From a virus (taxonomy: Duplodnaviria > Heunggongvirae > Uroviricota > Caudoviricetes), in IMG/VR virus record IMGVR_UViG_2541047774_000010: a stretch of DNA of 47,713 bases; one strand, given 5' to 3'. Made by a program: the position numbers and the translations under genes. Numbering within the stretch: position 1 is the first letter of the stretch; every line of letters starts with the position of its first letter. Positions 8,712 to 17,361 of the stretch are shown one piece after another. Under the pieces are notes generated by a model. That model made no database searches. It saw only the letters and a program-made list of their open reading frames with translations, and was not told the origin of the DNA.

Positions 8712-8879
8712 TGTCATGAGCAGCATTACGCCCAAATTATGGTGGGGCGTGCAGGGCCAACTTCGGTTGGGCCGGGTTCTTTGGTGACCGGTATTTCCAC
8801 CCCTGTACGTCTCACCACCAATAAGGTCGTGGAAAGCCTTGGTGGTGAGTTATTAAAAATCACCAAAGAGGCTGCCATC

Positions 8880-9425
8880 ATGGCTACGATCCCAACCCTC
8901 ACTCAACCTGAAATTGCCATCGTTGATGGTCAGGTTGTTACTTCATCCCTGGCTGTTGCCAACTTCTTCTCCAAACGTCATGACGATGTACTGAAAAAGA
9001 TCCGCACGCTTGAATGCTCAGCATCATTCACTGCCCGCAATTTTTCGGTGAGTGATTACACTGATTGCACAGGTCGCAAACTTCATTGCTACCAAATCAC
9101 ACGCGATGGTTTTGCGTTTCTTGCTATGGGTTTCACGGGTAAACGTGCTGCCCAGTTCAAAGAGGCATATATCAATGCCTTTAACCAGATGGAGAAACAG
9201 CTTTCAAAGCCCGCTGTACCGAGCGACGTTGCACATAACGCCAGCGTTCTCTGTTCCTACATTTCATCAATTCATCAGGTCTGGCTGCAGCAGCTTTATC
9301 CTATGTTGGCAAAAGCCGAATCTCCGCTGGCTGTTAGCTTATATGATTATATTAATGATGCTTCGGCGCTGGCCTGCCTCATAAATTTGTCGCTGAACCC
9401 TTCAGAGGTAAGGGGGCGCAAATGA
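8880..9425 (+). CDS. rha: Rha-family phage regulatory protein (antirepressor-like)
   Basis: 181 aa from MATIPTLTQPEIAIVDGQVVTSS with RBS AAGAGG; motif GFAFLAMGFTGKRAAQFKEAYINAFNQME is typical of Phage_pRha. Confidence 0.8.
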   Translation: MATIPTLTQPEIAIVDGQVVTSSLAVANFFSKRHDDVLKKIRTLECSASFTARNFSVSDYTDCTGRKLHCYQITRDGFAFLAMGFTGKRAAQFKEAYINAFNQMEKQLSKPAVPSDVAHNASVLCSYISSIHQVWLQQLYPMLAKAESPLAVSLYDYINDASALACLINLSLNPSEVRGRK

Positions 9426-9646
9426 TCCGGAATATTTTCAAACGTTTTACCAATCAGACTTTCCGTTGTCCTCGTCCGGGTCAGTGGTACACCACGCCTG
9501 CAGGGCATGTTCTACGTGTTAGCCTGGTTGACCGTGAATGTCAGAAGGTGGTTTGTGAACCGCTGGGCCGTAATTACCGCGTCAGTATGCCGCTTATAGC
9601 CTTTTGCTCCGGAAAAAACATGAAGCATCTCGGAGGTGCAGCATGA
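9422..9646 (+). CDS. Hypothetical protein
   Basis: 74-aa ORF translationally coupled to rha (ATGA overlap) with RBS AGGGGG; no family recognised. Confidence 0.4.
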   Translation: MIRNIFKRFTNQTFRCPRPGQWYTTPAGHVLRVSLVDRECQKVVCEPLGRNYRVSMPLIAFCSGKNMKHLGGAA

Positions 9647-10461
9647 GTATGGAGCTGATGGTTAAAGCGATGAAAATTCGAGTGGGTAATCCATTGCGAA
9701 AACTGGTTCTGATCAAGCTGGCTGATAATGCCAGCGATCAGGGTGAGTGCTGGCCCAGCTACCAGCATATTGCTGACCAGTGCGAGATTAGCAAACGTTC
9801 TGTGATGAATCATATTGCGGCCCTTTGTGATTCCGGGCTGGTAAAAAAAGTCACCCGGAAAAGTGAAAAAGGTAACTCAAGTAATATCTATCTCCTTCAT
9901 CTGGATGGTGCAGGAGATTCACTAGGGGGTAGTGCAAATAATTCACTATCTGGTGCAGCAAATTCACCAGGTAGTGCAGGAGTTGCACCAGGGGGTGGTG
10001 CAGGAGATTCACCCAGAACCAGTCACTCTTTTGAACCAGTCAAAGAACCAGTCAATGAACCAATAGCTGTTGGTGCATCTGCTGATGAGTCTGTGCGAGT
10101 TCGTTCAAACCGACCGGAATACTCTCCGGAGTTTGAGCAGGCATGGCTGGCATACCCCAAACGTGCTGGTGGCAATTCAAAATCTGCAGCCTTCAAAGCC
10201 TGGAAAGCCCGTTTGAATGAGGGGGTAAAACCCGAAACCATGCTGGAAGGTGTGAAACGCTACGCGGGCTGGGTATCTGCGATGGGTAACAGCGGCACAC
10301 AATTTGTGAAACAGGCTGTCACGTTCTTTGGTCCGGATCGTCATTTCGAAGAATCCTGGGAAGTTCCTGCGGTATCTGCAGCCAGACGCGAGGACCCGTA
10401 CTTCAAAGCCAGTTACGACAACGTGGACTACAGCCAGATCCCGGCAGGATTCAGGGGGTAA
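9643..10461 (+). CDS. O: Replication initiator, lambda O-like (N-terminal HTH, iteron-encoded linker, C-terminal domain)
   Basis: Start MSMELMV with RBS GGAGGTG; N-terminal HTH (LIKLADNASDQGECWPSYQHIADQCEISKRSVMNHIAAL); Gly/Ser/Ala linker encoded by the iterons; C-terminal EFEQAWLAYPKR...AFKAWK resembles the lambda O C-terminus. Confidence 0.7.
   Translation: MSMELMVKAMKIRVGNPLRKLVLIKLADNASDQGECWPSYQHIADQCEISKRSVMNHIAALCDSGLVKKVTRKSEKGNSSNIYLLHLDGAGDSLGGSANNSLSGAANSPGSAGVAPGGGAGDSPRTSHSFEPVKEPVNEPIAVGASADESVRVRSNRPEYSPEFEQAWLAYPKRAGGNSKSAAFKAWKARLNEGVKPETMLEGVKRYAGWVSAMGNSGTQFVKQAVTFFGPDRHFEESWEVPAVSAARREDPYFKASYDNVDYSQIPAGFRG
9907..10068 (+). repeat. Putative origin of replication: five ~20-bp iterons plus three 12-bp tandem repeats inside the O-like gene
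   Basis: Five direct repeats of consensus GGTGCAGGAGATTCAC starting near 9907, 9928, 9952, 9970 and 9994; then GAACCAGTCAAA, GAACCAGTCAAT, GAACCAATAGCT at 10033-10068. Confidence 0.55.
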
Positions 10462-10463
10462 TC

Positions 10464-10952
10464 ATGAGTCTTTTGAATGAAGTTCAGAAATTCATTGAAG
10501 CCCATCCGGGGTGTACTTCCGGAGACATTGCAGATGCTTTTGCAGGTTACTCACGGCAGCGCGTTCTGCAGTCAGCAAGCAAGTTACGTCAGAGTGGGCG
10601 TGTGGCTCACCGTTGTGAAGGAGATACACGCAGACATTTCCCGCGCCTGACTGAGAGAGCGCAGGAGCCGGAACCACAACCAGTTCGTGAAACCAGACCT
10701 GTGCGCAATTTCTATGTCGGCACTAACGATCCCCGGGTAATTTTGTGCCTGACCCGCCAGGCTGAAGAACTGGAGTCCAGGGGCTTATACCGTCGTGCTG
10801 CAACCGTGTGGATGGCGGCATTCCGTGAAAGCCACTCCCAGTCAGAACGAAACAATTTTCTGGCGCGCCGTGAGCGGTGCTTACGGAAAAGCAGCAAGCG
10901 CGCTGTATCGGGTGATGAGTGGTATCTGTCAGGGAATTACGTGTGGGCTTAA
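10464..10952 (+). CDS. Hypothetical protein with C-terminal PerC-like motif
   Basis: 162 aa; C-terminal AEELESRGLYRRAATVWMAAF...SERNNFLARRERC resembles the PerC/Pch regulator signature (GLYRRAA) as recalled. Confidence 0.45.
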   Translation: MSLLNEVQKFIEAHPGCTSGDIADAFAGYSRQRVLQSASKLRQSGRVAHRCEGDTRRHFPRLTERAQEPEPQPVRETRPVRNFYVGTNDPRVILCLTRQAEELESRGLYRRAATVWMAAFRESHSQSERNNFLARRERCLRKSSKRAVSGDEWYLSGNYVWA

Positions 10953-11278
10953 TGACGACGTTAACTCAATGCCAGCAGCAGGTGCTGGATATGCTGATTT
11001 CTTATCAGAAAGAACGTGGTTTCCCGCCAACCAATCAGGAGGTGGCAGCCATGCTGGGATACCGTTCGGTGAATGCAGCGGTGGAGCATCTTCGCGCACT
11101 GGAGAAAAAAGGCGTCATCACGATAAAGCGTGGCGTGGCCCGGGGTATCACGCTTCATACCACAGTGAAGGACGACGACAGCGAGGCAGCCGGGATTATC
11201 CGCGCACTGCTTGCCGGTGAGGAAAACGCCAGACTGCGTGCAGCCCACTGGTTACATGAGAGGGGCCTGAAAGTATGA
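10952..11278 (+). CDS. LexA DNA-binding-domain-like protein lacking a peptidase domain
   Basis: Start MTTLTQCQQQV (TAATG coupling to the upstream gene); LTQCQQQVLDMLISYQKERGFPPTNQEVAAMLGYRSVNAAVEHLRALEKKGVI resembles the LexA N-terminal winged helix; no S24 domain follows. Confidence 0.55.
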   Translation: MTTLTQCQQQVLDMLISYQKERGFPPTNQEVAAMLGYRSVNAAVEHLRALEKKGVITIKRGVARGITLHTTVKDDDSEAAGIIRALLAGEENARLRAAHWLHERGLKV

Positions 11279-11664
11279 AGCTGATCCTGCCTTTCCCGCC
11301 CAGCGTGAACACGTACTGGCGACACCCCAACAAAGGGGCGTTTGCTGGTAAGAGCCTGATAAGCGCGGCGGGGCGCAAATTCCAGAGCGCGGCGTGTGCA
11401 GCAATATTTGAGCAGTTACGTCGTCTGCCAAAACCAACGTCGGCACCTGCTTCAGTGGAGATCGTGTTGTTTCCTCCGGATAACCGGATCCGCGATCTGG
11501 ACAACTATAACAAGGCGCTGTTTGACGCCCTGACCCACGCGGGTGTGTGGGAAGACGACAGTCAGGTGAAAAGAATGCTGGTGGAGTGGGGACCGGTTAT
11601 CCCGGAAGGGAAGGTCGAGATCACTATCAGTAAGTACGAGAAAACGGCGGGTGCAGCCGCCTGA
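11275..11664 (+). CDS. rusA: Holliday junction resolvase RusA
   Basis: 129 aa; LPFPPSVNTYWRH...RDLDNYNKALFDALTHAGVWEDDSQV matches the RusA family. Confidence 0.88.
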   Translation: MKLILPFPPSVNTYWRHPNKGAFAGKSLISAAGRKFQSAACAAIFEQLRRLPKPTSAPASVEIVLFPPDNRIRDLDNYNKALFDALTHAGVWEDDSQVKRMLVEWGPVIPEGKVEITISKYEKTAGAAA

Positions 11665-11683
11665 TTAAGAGGAGAAACGAAGT

Positions 11684-12481
11684 ATGAATAATCTGATGGT
11701 TATTGATGGTATTGAAGTTCGTCGTGATGCTTATGGGCGTTACAGCCTGAACGATCTGCACAGGGCTGCTGGTTCTCTGGATAAGCATAAGCCCGCATTC
11801 TGGCTCCGCAATGAGCAAACTGAGCGTTTAATAAGCGAGTTGCAGATTTGCAACTCGGTCAATATAGAGCCAGTTAACGTTATTCGTGGCGGAAATAACC
11901 AGGGGACGTATGTCTGCAAAGAACTGGTGTATGCCTATGCAATGTGGATCAGCCCGTCATTCCATCTGAAGGTGATCCGTACTTTCGACATGGTAACCAG
12001 CGCACCGGAAAAATTATCCGGACAGGCTGCTGACAAGATGCAGGCTGGTGTGATTCTGCTGGACTTTATGCGCCGGGAATTAAACCTGTCTAACTCTTCA
12101 GTGCTTGGTGCCTGCCAGAAACTCCAGGAGGCTGTTGGCTTACCGAATCTGGCACCGCGCTATGCCATTGATGCTCCTGCTGATGCACACGATGGCTCAA
12201 GTCGCCCCACGCTGTCTCTGAGTGCACTGCTGAGGCAGTATGGTATCCGCCTGACGGCTAATCAGGCATATCACCAGATGGTGAAGCTGGGGATCGTTGA
12301 ACAACGCGAACGATACAGCCGTACCGCGATTAACAACATCAAAAAATTCTGGTCGCTGACGGCGAAAGGCTGCATGTTCGGCAAGAACATCACCAGTCCT
12401 GCAAATCCGCGCGAGACGCAGCCGCATTTCTTCGAATCCCGATTCCCTGAGCTGTTAAAGCTGCTCGATACCGTTCATTGA
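11684..12481 (+). CDS. KilA-N domain protein (antirepressor-like)
   Basis: 265 aa with strong RBS (AAGAGGAGAAA); N-terminal KilA-N signature (YSLNDLHRAAG...KPAFWLRNEQT...GTYVCKELVYAYAMWISPSFHLKVI). Confidence 0.8.
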   Translation: MNNLMVIDGIEVRRDAYGRYSLNDLHRAAGSLDKHKPAFWLRNEQTERLISELQICNSVNIEPVNVIRGGNNQGTYVCKELVYAYAMWISPSFHLKVIRTFDMVTSAPEKLSGQAADKMQAGVILLDFMRRELNLSNSSVLGACQKLQEAVGLPNLAPRYAIDAPADAHDGSSRPTLSLSALLRQYGIRLTANQAYHQMVKLGIVEQRERYSRTAINNIKKFWSLTAKGCMFGKNITSPANPRETQPHFFESRFPELLKLLDTVH

Positions 12482-12482
12482 G

Positions 12483-13430
12483 GTGACCGTGAGAGCACTA
12501 CTGACCCCTGAAATTGCCCCGCGTATGGGGATTGTATTGTTCAGGCCAGGTTCAGAGCTGATGCCCCTGTTTATGCAGGGGCGTGTCCTGCTGGAGCCTG
12601 AGCCGGAACGTTATTCATCTTTCGCCAGTGGTGCCGTTCCGGCGGCATCACAACCGCTGGCGGATGATCCTGCCGTTCGGGCCGTGTTCCGCAATGAGGC
12701 AGTGATCCGTCGTGCTGGTGGCGTGGAATGTCTTGAAAGCTGGTTACTTCGTGAAAAGGGCTGTCAGTGGCCTCATTCCGACTGGCACAGCGAGAACATG
12801 ACCACAATGCGGCACGCTCCGGGAGCAATTCGTCTGTGCTGGCACTGCGATAACCAGCTGCGTGACCAGTTCACGGAACGGCTGGAATCAATGGCAACGG
12901 ATAACTGTGCCCGCTGGGTGTTGTCTGTCGTGCGTCGGGATCTCGGTTTTGATGACAGTCACGTTGTGACAATGCCGGAACTGTGCTGGTGGCTGGTTCG
13001 TAATGATTTGGCGGATGCCTTACCGGAAAGTGCAGCCCGTAAGGCACTGAGATTACCGAAGCCTGTTGTGCCATCTGTCACCCGGGAAAGTGACCTTGTG
13101 CCTTCGGTTCCTGCCACCAGCATCATCCAGGATAAAGCGAAAAAGGTGCTGGCGCTGAAAGTGGATCCGGAGTCGCCGGAGTCTTTTATGTTACGCCCCA
13201 AACGTCGCCGCTGGGTTAATGAAAAGTACACGCGCTGGGTTAAGACGCAGCCGTGCGCATGTTGTGGAAAGCCAGCTGATGATCCCCACCACCTGATAGG
13301 CCACGGTCAGGGTGGAATGGGTACAAAAGCGCATGATCTCTTTGTGTTGCCTTTGTGCAGAAAGCATCACGACGAGCTGCATGCGGATACCGTGACATTT
13401 GAAGAGAAGTATGGCTCCCAACTGGAGTAA
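12483..13430 (+). CDS. ydfU: DUF968-family protein, YdfU-like, C-terminally truncated by IS4
   Basis: 315-aa ORF with Cys/His cluster (CACCGKPADDPHHL...CRKHHDELH); the stop TAA at 13428-13430 is supplied by the first bases of IS4; the original last ~20 codons sit after the IS (14854-14917). Confidence 0.75.
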   Translation: MTVRALLTPEIAPRMGIVLFRPGSELMPLFMQGRVLLEPEPERYSSFASGAVPAASQPLADDPAVRAVFRNEAVIRRAGGVECLESWLLREKGCQWPHSDWHSENMTTMRHAPGAIRLCWHCDNQLRDQFTERLESMATDNCARWVLSVVRRDLGFDDSHVVTMPELCWWLVRNDLADALPESAARKALRLPKPVVPSVTRESDLVPSVPATSIIQDKAKKVLALKVDPESPESFMLRPKRRRWVNEKYTRWVKTQPCACCGKPADDPHHLIGHGQGGMGTKAHDLFVLPLCRKHHDELHADTVTFEEKYGSQLE

Positions 13431-14853
13431 TGCCAGTCAGTTAAGCAACTGACTGGCTCTTTTTCGGGGCTGTGGGGTATTTCCAGGGCCTCTCCTTTAC
13501 CACTCTCGGGAAGGCCCTTTCCCTTCTTGTCGGTAATTTCACAAGTTGTCCCATACTTGCAAGATCGTGCATCAGCTCCGGTATACGTCCCGGTGAAGCG
13601 CCCTGCAATGTCATCAGCATTCTCATCACCATTCCGCATGATTCTGAGAAACTCAGTTGATTCGGCCAGTAACCTTTCAGATGTTCCGCCATTTTAATCA
13701 TCTGATATCTCACCAGATTATAAGCCAGTAAGACACCCCACAGCTCTTGCTCCACAAGCTCCGGCTTTTTACTTCTCAGCGTCAGCCTGCTCAGTTGCAT
13801 CGTCTGTTTTATCTCCCTGTATCCCAGTTCGATTTCCCAGCGATGACTGTACAGATCCGCCATTTCTCCTCCGGGGAAGCGCATGGCGTCCGTCATCGAC
13901 GTCAGCAGATGGCAGACTTTTCCTTTGCGCGTCACGGTCAGCAGGCGGGCTGTCACCTCATTTCCCAGTCCCGGCCACTTTTTTCGTGCCTGCGGGCTGG
14001 TTTTCAGCTTCACCAGATGATCGCCTTTACCCAGTTTTCTGATCTCTTCATATTGCGCTCCCTTTCTGAGAGGGATCATCCAGTGGCGGTGTTCTCCCGC
14101 CAGGCTCCAGGCATTTAACAGTCCCAGTGAGTAATAACCTTTGTCCATTAACGTCAGAGTGTTATCGCCGGTTTGTTCTATAAGTTGCTCAGCAAGCTCA
14201 TTTTCGCTGTTCTTCATCGTGCCGAAGGCTGCAGCCGTCAGCAGATGGCTGGTCAGTTCCATCTGGCAGACCATTTTGACCTGCGGGTAGAGCGCCGGGT
14301 TCCCGGCATGTGTCTGGCGGGGGAAGGCTGCATCGTTCTCTGGTGTATCCGGTGTGCGCCAGAACACACCATCGATGGCCAGCAGGGTCAGGCCGCACCA
14401 TTGCGGATGCGGCGTGGCGTTATGCCAGAGCTGCGCTGTTTTCGTGAACACGCGGCGGACAGCCTCACTTCCCAAGCGCTGGCGGGCCTGAATAACGGCA
14501 CTGGGGGCAACGAAGGGGCGATTGCCCGGCAGCATGATGTCCAGGCGATTCACAATCTGGTGAAGAGGTTCTTTACGCTCAAGCGCCATGCCAACAATAC
14601 ACCAGACCATCATTTCGAGGGGAAGACGGCGCTTGCGTAGCGTTACAGTACCTGATTCGGCAAGGCAACGAGAGATGAGTTCGGGGTCGAGGTAATCCCC
14701 CAGAGAAGTCAGTGGGTTACGCAGAGAATCGTAACGGGATACCAAATCAAGGGCCTGTCCAATGTGCATAAAAAAATCCGGAAACGAGTGAGCGTTTCCG
14801 GATTCTTACACAGCCACTGGATCGGTCAACTGATCCTTAACTGATCGGCATTA
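13428..14853 (-). mobile_element. IS4 insertion sequence, complete, with 13-bp target site duplication
   Basis: 1426 bp, the canonical IS4 length; terminal inverted repeats TAATGCCAGTCAGTTAAGC (left) and reverse complement of TAATGCCGATCAGTTAAGG (right); flanking direct repeats CTCCCAACTGGAG at 13415-13427 and 14854-14866. Confidence 0.92.
13441..14769 (-). CDS. insG: IS4 transposase
   Basis: 442-aa ORF matching the IS4 transposase in length and sequence as recalled. Confidence 0.93.
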   Translation of the reverse strand: MHIGQALDLVSRYDSLRNPLTSLGDYLDPELISRCLAESGTVTLRKRRLPLEMMVWCIVGMALERKEPLHQIVNRLDIMLPGNRPFVAPSAVIQARQRLGSEAVRRVFTKTAQLWHNATPHPQWCGLTLLAIDGVFWRTPDTPENDAAFPRQTHAGNPALYPQVKMVCQMELTSHLLTAAAFGTMKNSENELAEQLIEQTGDNTLTLMDKGYYSLGLLNAWSLAGEHRHWMIPLRKGAQYEEIRKLGKGDHLVKLKTSPQARKKWPGLGNEVTARLLTVTRKGKVCHLLTSMTDAMRFPGGEMADLYSHRWEIELGYREIKQTMQLSRLTLRSKKPELVEQELWGVLLAYNLVRYQMIKMAEHLKGYWPNQLSFSESCGMVMRMLMTLQGASPGRIPELMHDLASMGQLVKLPTRRERAFPRVVKERPWKYPTAPKKSQSVA

Positions 14854-14930
14854 CTCCCAACTGGAGCTGATATTTCGTTTTATCGATCGTGCGCTGGCAA
14901 TTGGCGTACTGGCGTAAGTGGAGAACGAGC

Positions 14931-15683
14931 ATGAACCTTGAAGCCTTACCAAAATATTACTCCCCAAAATCTCCAAAATTGAGTGATGCCGCACCGGCGA
15001 CAGGCTCAGGTGGTTTAACGATTACGGATGTGATGGCTGCGCAGGGGATGGTGCAGTCGAAAGCACCGCTTGGGTTTGCCTTATTCCTGGCAAAAGCTGG
15101 CGTTCAGGATCCTCAGTTTGCGATTGAAGGTCTGCTCAATTACGCGATGGCACTGGATAACCCGACATTGAACAAATTGAGTGAAGAAATCCGGTTACAG
15201 ATCATCCCTTACCTTGTGAGTTTTGCCTTTGCTGATTATTCCAGGTCTGCGGCAAGTAAGGCTCGCTGTGAGCCTTGTGCTGGTACTGGATTTCATAATG
15301 TATTGCGCGAAGTGGTGAAATACTCCAGAAGCGGGGAGTCTGTTATCAAGGAAGAGTGGGTGAAGGAACTATGTCAGCATTGTCATGGTAAGGGAGAAGT
15401 CAGCACAGCGTGCAGAGGGTGTAAGGGTAAAGGTATTGTCCTGGATGAAAAAAGGACCCGGCTTCATGGCGCGCCTGTTTATAAGATTTGTGGGCGTTGC
15501 AATGGAAACCGGTTTAGTCGTTTACCAACGACACTGGCGCGGCGTCATGTCCAGAAGCTGGTACCAGACCTGACTGATTATCAGTGGTACAAAGGATATG
15601 CAGATGTCATTGATAAACTGGTTACAAAGTGCTGGCAGGAAGAAGCATATGCTGAGGTGCAATTAAGAAAAGTGACGAGATAA
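14931..15683 (+). CDS. Late-gene antiterminator Q-like protein (zinc-binding)
   Basis: Start MNLEALPKYY with RBS GTGGAGAA; three CxxCxGxG-type motifs (CEPCAGTGF, CQHCHGKGEV, CRGCKGKG); sits between the nin-like genes and a strong promoter/terminator pair. Confidence 0.6.
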   Translation: MNLEALPKYYSPKSPKLSDAAPATGSGGLTITDVMAAQGMVQSKAPLGFALFLAKAGVQDPQFAIEGLLNYAMALDNPTLNKLSEEIRLQIIPYLVSFAFADYSRSAASKARCEPCAGTGFHNVLREVVKYSRSGESVIKEEWVKELCQHCHGKGEVSTACRGCKGKGIVLDEKRTRLHGAPVYKICGRCNGNRFSRLPTTLARRHVQKLVPDLTDYQWYKGYADVIDKLVTKCWQEEAYAEVQLRKVTR

Positions 15684-15714
15684 ATGATTTTCGCCGAAGA
15701 TGGCGACGTAATGC

Positions 15715-15743
15715 TTGCATTTTTCAAAAAATATGGATAAAAT
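15715..15743 (+). promoter_or_regulatory. Putative late promoter pR'
   Basis: TTGCAT (15715-15720), 17-nt spacer, TAAAAT (15738-15743), about 30 nt downstream of the Q stop. Confidence 0.5.
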
Positions 15744-15790
15744 TTTTTCAACGATGGGCTTTATATACCCGACGTTAAGAAAAAGTAGAA

Positions 15791-15820
15791 AACCCGCTGA
15801 TGAGCGGGTTTTTGTGCTTT
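15791..15820 (+). terminator. Putative tR' intrinsic terminator
   Basis: AACCCGCT-GATG-AGCGGGTT 8-bp stem followed by TTTTGTGCTTT, about 45 nt downstream of the putative pR' -10. Confidence 0.6.
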
Positions 15821-16098
15821 AAATAGGGTAATAGAGATGTTGAATCTCATTCCGGGATTCATGTTTGTTTACTTATTATTTATCGGGTGACTTTGCCTGA
15901 TGTTTAAAATGTTTTCTTCCAGTACTATGTCCCTAGATACAATGAGTCTGCATATTACATTATTAGCAGAGCTATTACGGTCAAAGTACAGCATAAGCTT
16001 TTAAAGCCAATCAACCAGTCATCAAGACAGACGGGGTTATTCATGAAAACTCTCCATGTTTGATTCGATGGGGCCTGAAATTAAAGCTTTAATATAGC

Positions 16099-16311
16099 TC
16101 ATGAAAGGTAAACATTGGCAGCTGAAGGGCCACGCAGACCATTTATCCGGCAAAATTCCACGCGTAATCCGGTGGTAATTTCTTCTGCATCGCGGAGATT
16201 GAGCGCTGAAACATGAAGCTGGACATCGATACGACCATCGGATGGGGTGATAAGACCCTTGCCGCTTTTGCCGTCAAAGGTTTTGACAATTCCTGTCATT
16301 TTACGGGACAA
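16099..16311 (-). CDS. cspF: Cold shock protein paralog, CspF/CspH-like
   Basis: 70 aa [27 protein letters not shown]...[19 protein letters not shown], matching CspF/CspH as recalled. Confidence 0.88.
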
Positions 16312-16611
16312 AAAAATTCCTTAATACTGATAACTGGGCGCACTATACACACGTTCCTGAAGAAAGCTATAGTTTTTTGATGGGGTTGAAGATGGCTGGA
16401 TGTCTAAAATAAACATTGCTTCATATGTTCAACTATGCGTTAATGATTGCGTCGGTTTGAAGAACAGACGATATACGAAGTAGTTTACTAAAGCAGTTCT
16501 CATTTCAGGTGTTATTCACTTATTCCTTCTTTGAGTCTCTCCAATTAAGTACGAAGTCGTTTCTGTTATACAAGCCATTTATGCCGAAAGGCTCAAGTTA
16601 AGGAATGTAGA

Positions 16612-16827
16612 ATGTCAAATAAAATGACTGGTTTAGTAAAATGGTTTAACGCTGATAAAGGTTTTGGCTTTATTTCTCCTGTTGATGGTAGTAAAGATGT
16701 GTTTGTGCATTTTTCTGCGATTCAGAATGATAATTTTCGAACCTTATTTGAAGGTCAAAAGGTTACCTTCTCTGTAGAGAGTGGTGCTAAAGGTCCTGCA
16801 GCAGCAAATGTCATAATTACTGATTAA
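16612..16827 (+). CDS. cspB: Cold shock protein CspB-like
   Basis: 71 aa [38 protein letters not shown], a CspA-family protein matching CspB as recalled. Confidence 0.88.
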   Translation: MSNKMTGLVKWFNADKGFGFISPVDGSKDVFVHFSAIQNDNFRTLFEGQKVTFSVESGAKGPAAANVIITD

Positions 16828-17108
16828 AATTCATAGTTTGTCTGTATACGATAACGAAGAAGGCTGATGCCTGAGTGGAGATACAGACAGAGTGGTGAAT
16901 ATTGGATCTCTTTAATAAATAGTAAGGAGGTCCAATACATGAAACAATGGCCAGCATATTTGGCAATAACTTAATCAGGAAAAGTATGCTAACCATTGTG
17001 GTGAAGTGCAGGTTTGCTGCATGAATAGTTTTACAGCAGAAGCTAACTGCTGGCATAGCAAAACAAAGTGCGTAAGTGGATGACTCCCACAAAAAGTACC
17101 ACAATATT

Positions 17109-17134
17109 AAACCCGCTCAGGCGGGTTTTTTATT
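17109..17134. terminator. Intrinsic terminator, possibly bidirectional
   Basis: ACCCGC-TCAG-GCGGGT hairpin followed by TTTTTTATT on the plus strand; lies between cspB and the convergent zinc-ribbon gene. Confidence 0.6.
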
Positions 17135-17190
17135 ATCTGCTTTAAATATGTTATTAAAATATAAAAAATACTTGTTACGAATAAAATCAA

Positions 17191-17361
17191 TCAAGCTACA
17201 GCTTTAAGATTTGTCTGGAATACTTTGTTGCAATGAGGGCAGATCAAAAGGGCACCTTTTTGTACTCTTGAAAAACTGTGTTCTGACTCTTGGGTGCAGT
17301 TTGGGCAGGAACATTTAACGAGATAATTACGGCGTGATTTTGAGTCTTTACGTTCTGACAT
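17191..17361 (-). CDS. Small zinc-ribbon protein
   Basis: 56 aa from MSERKDSK with RBS AGGAAAA; two CxxC pairs (CSCPNC...CPHC). Confidence 0.45.
   Translation of the reverse strand: MSERKDSKSRRNYLVKCSCPNCTQESEHSFSRVQKGALLICPHCNKVFQTNLKAVA

Noticed and set aside
8274-9425. 383-aa ORF in the track spanning from the small early gene into rha
   Set aside because: It reads across a G6 tract, non-coding-looking sequence and a terminator hairpin (8688-8711); rha has its own RBS and start at 8880. The long ORF is a read-through chimera, not one gene.
13747-14640. Plus-strand ORFs (123 and 155 aa) inside IS4
   Set aside because: They are antisense to the well-conserved IS4 transposase and are not known IS4 genes.
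16817-17104. 95-aa minus-strand ORF downstream of cspB
   Set aside because: Cys/Phe-rich odd composition, no RBS, and it overlaps the intergenic terminator region.
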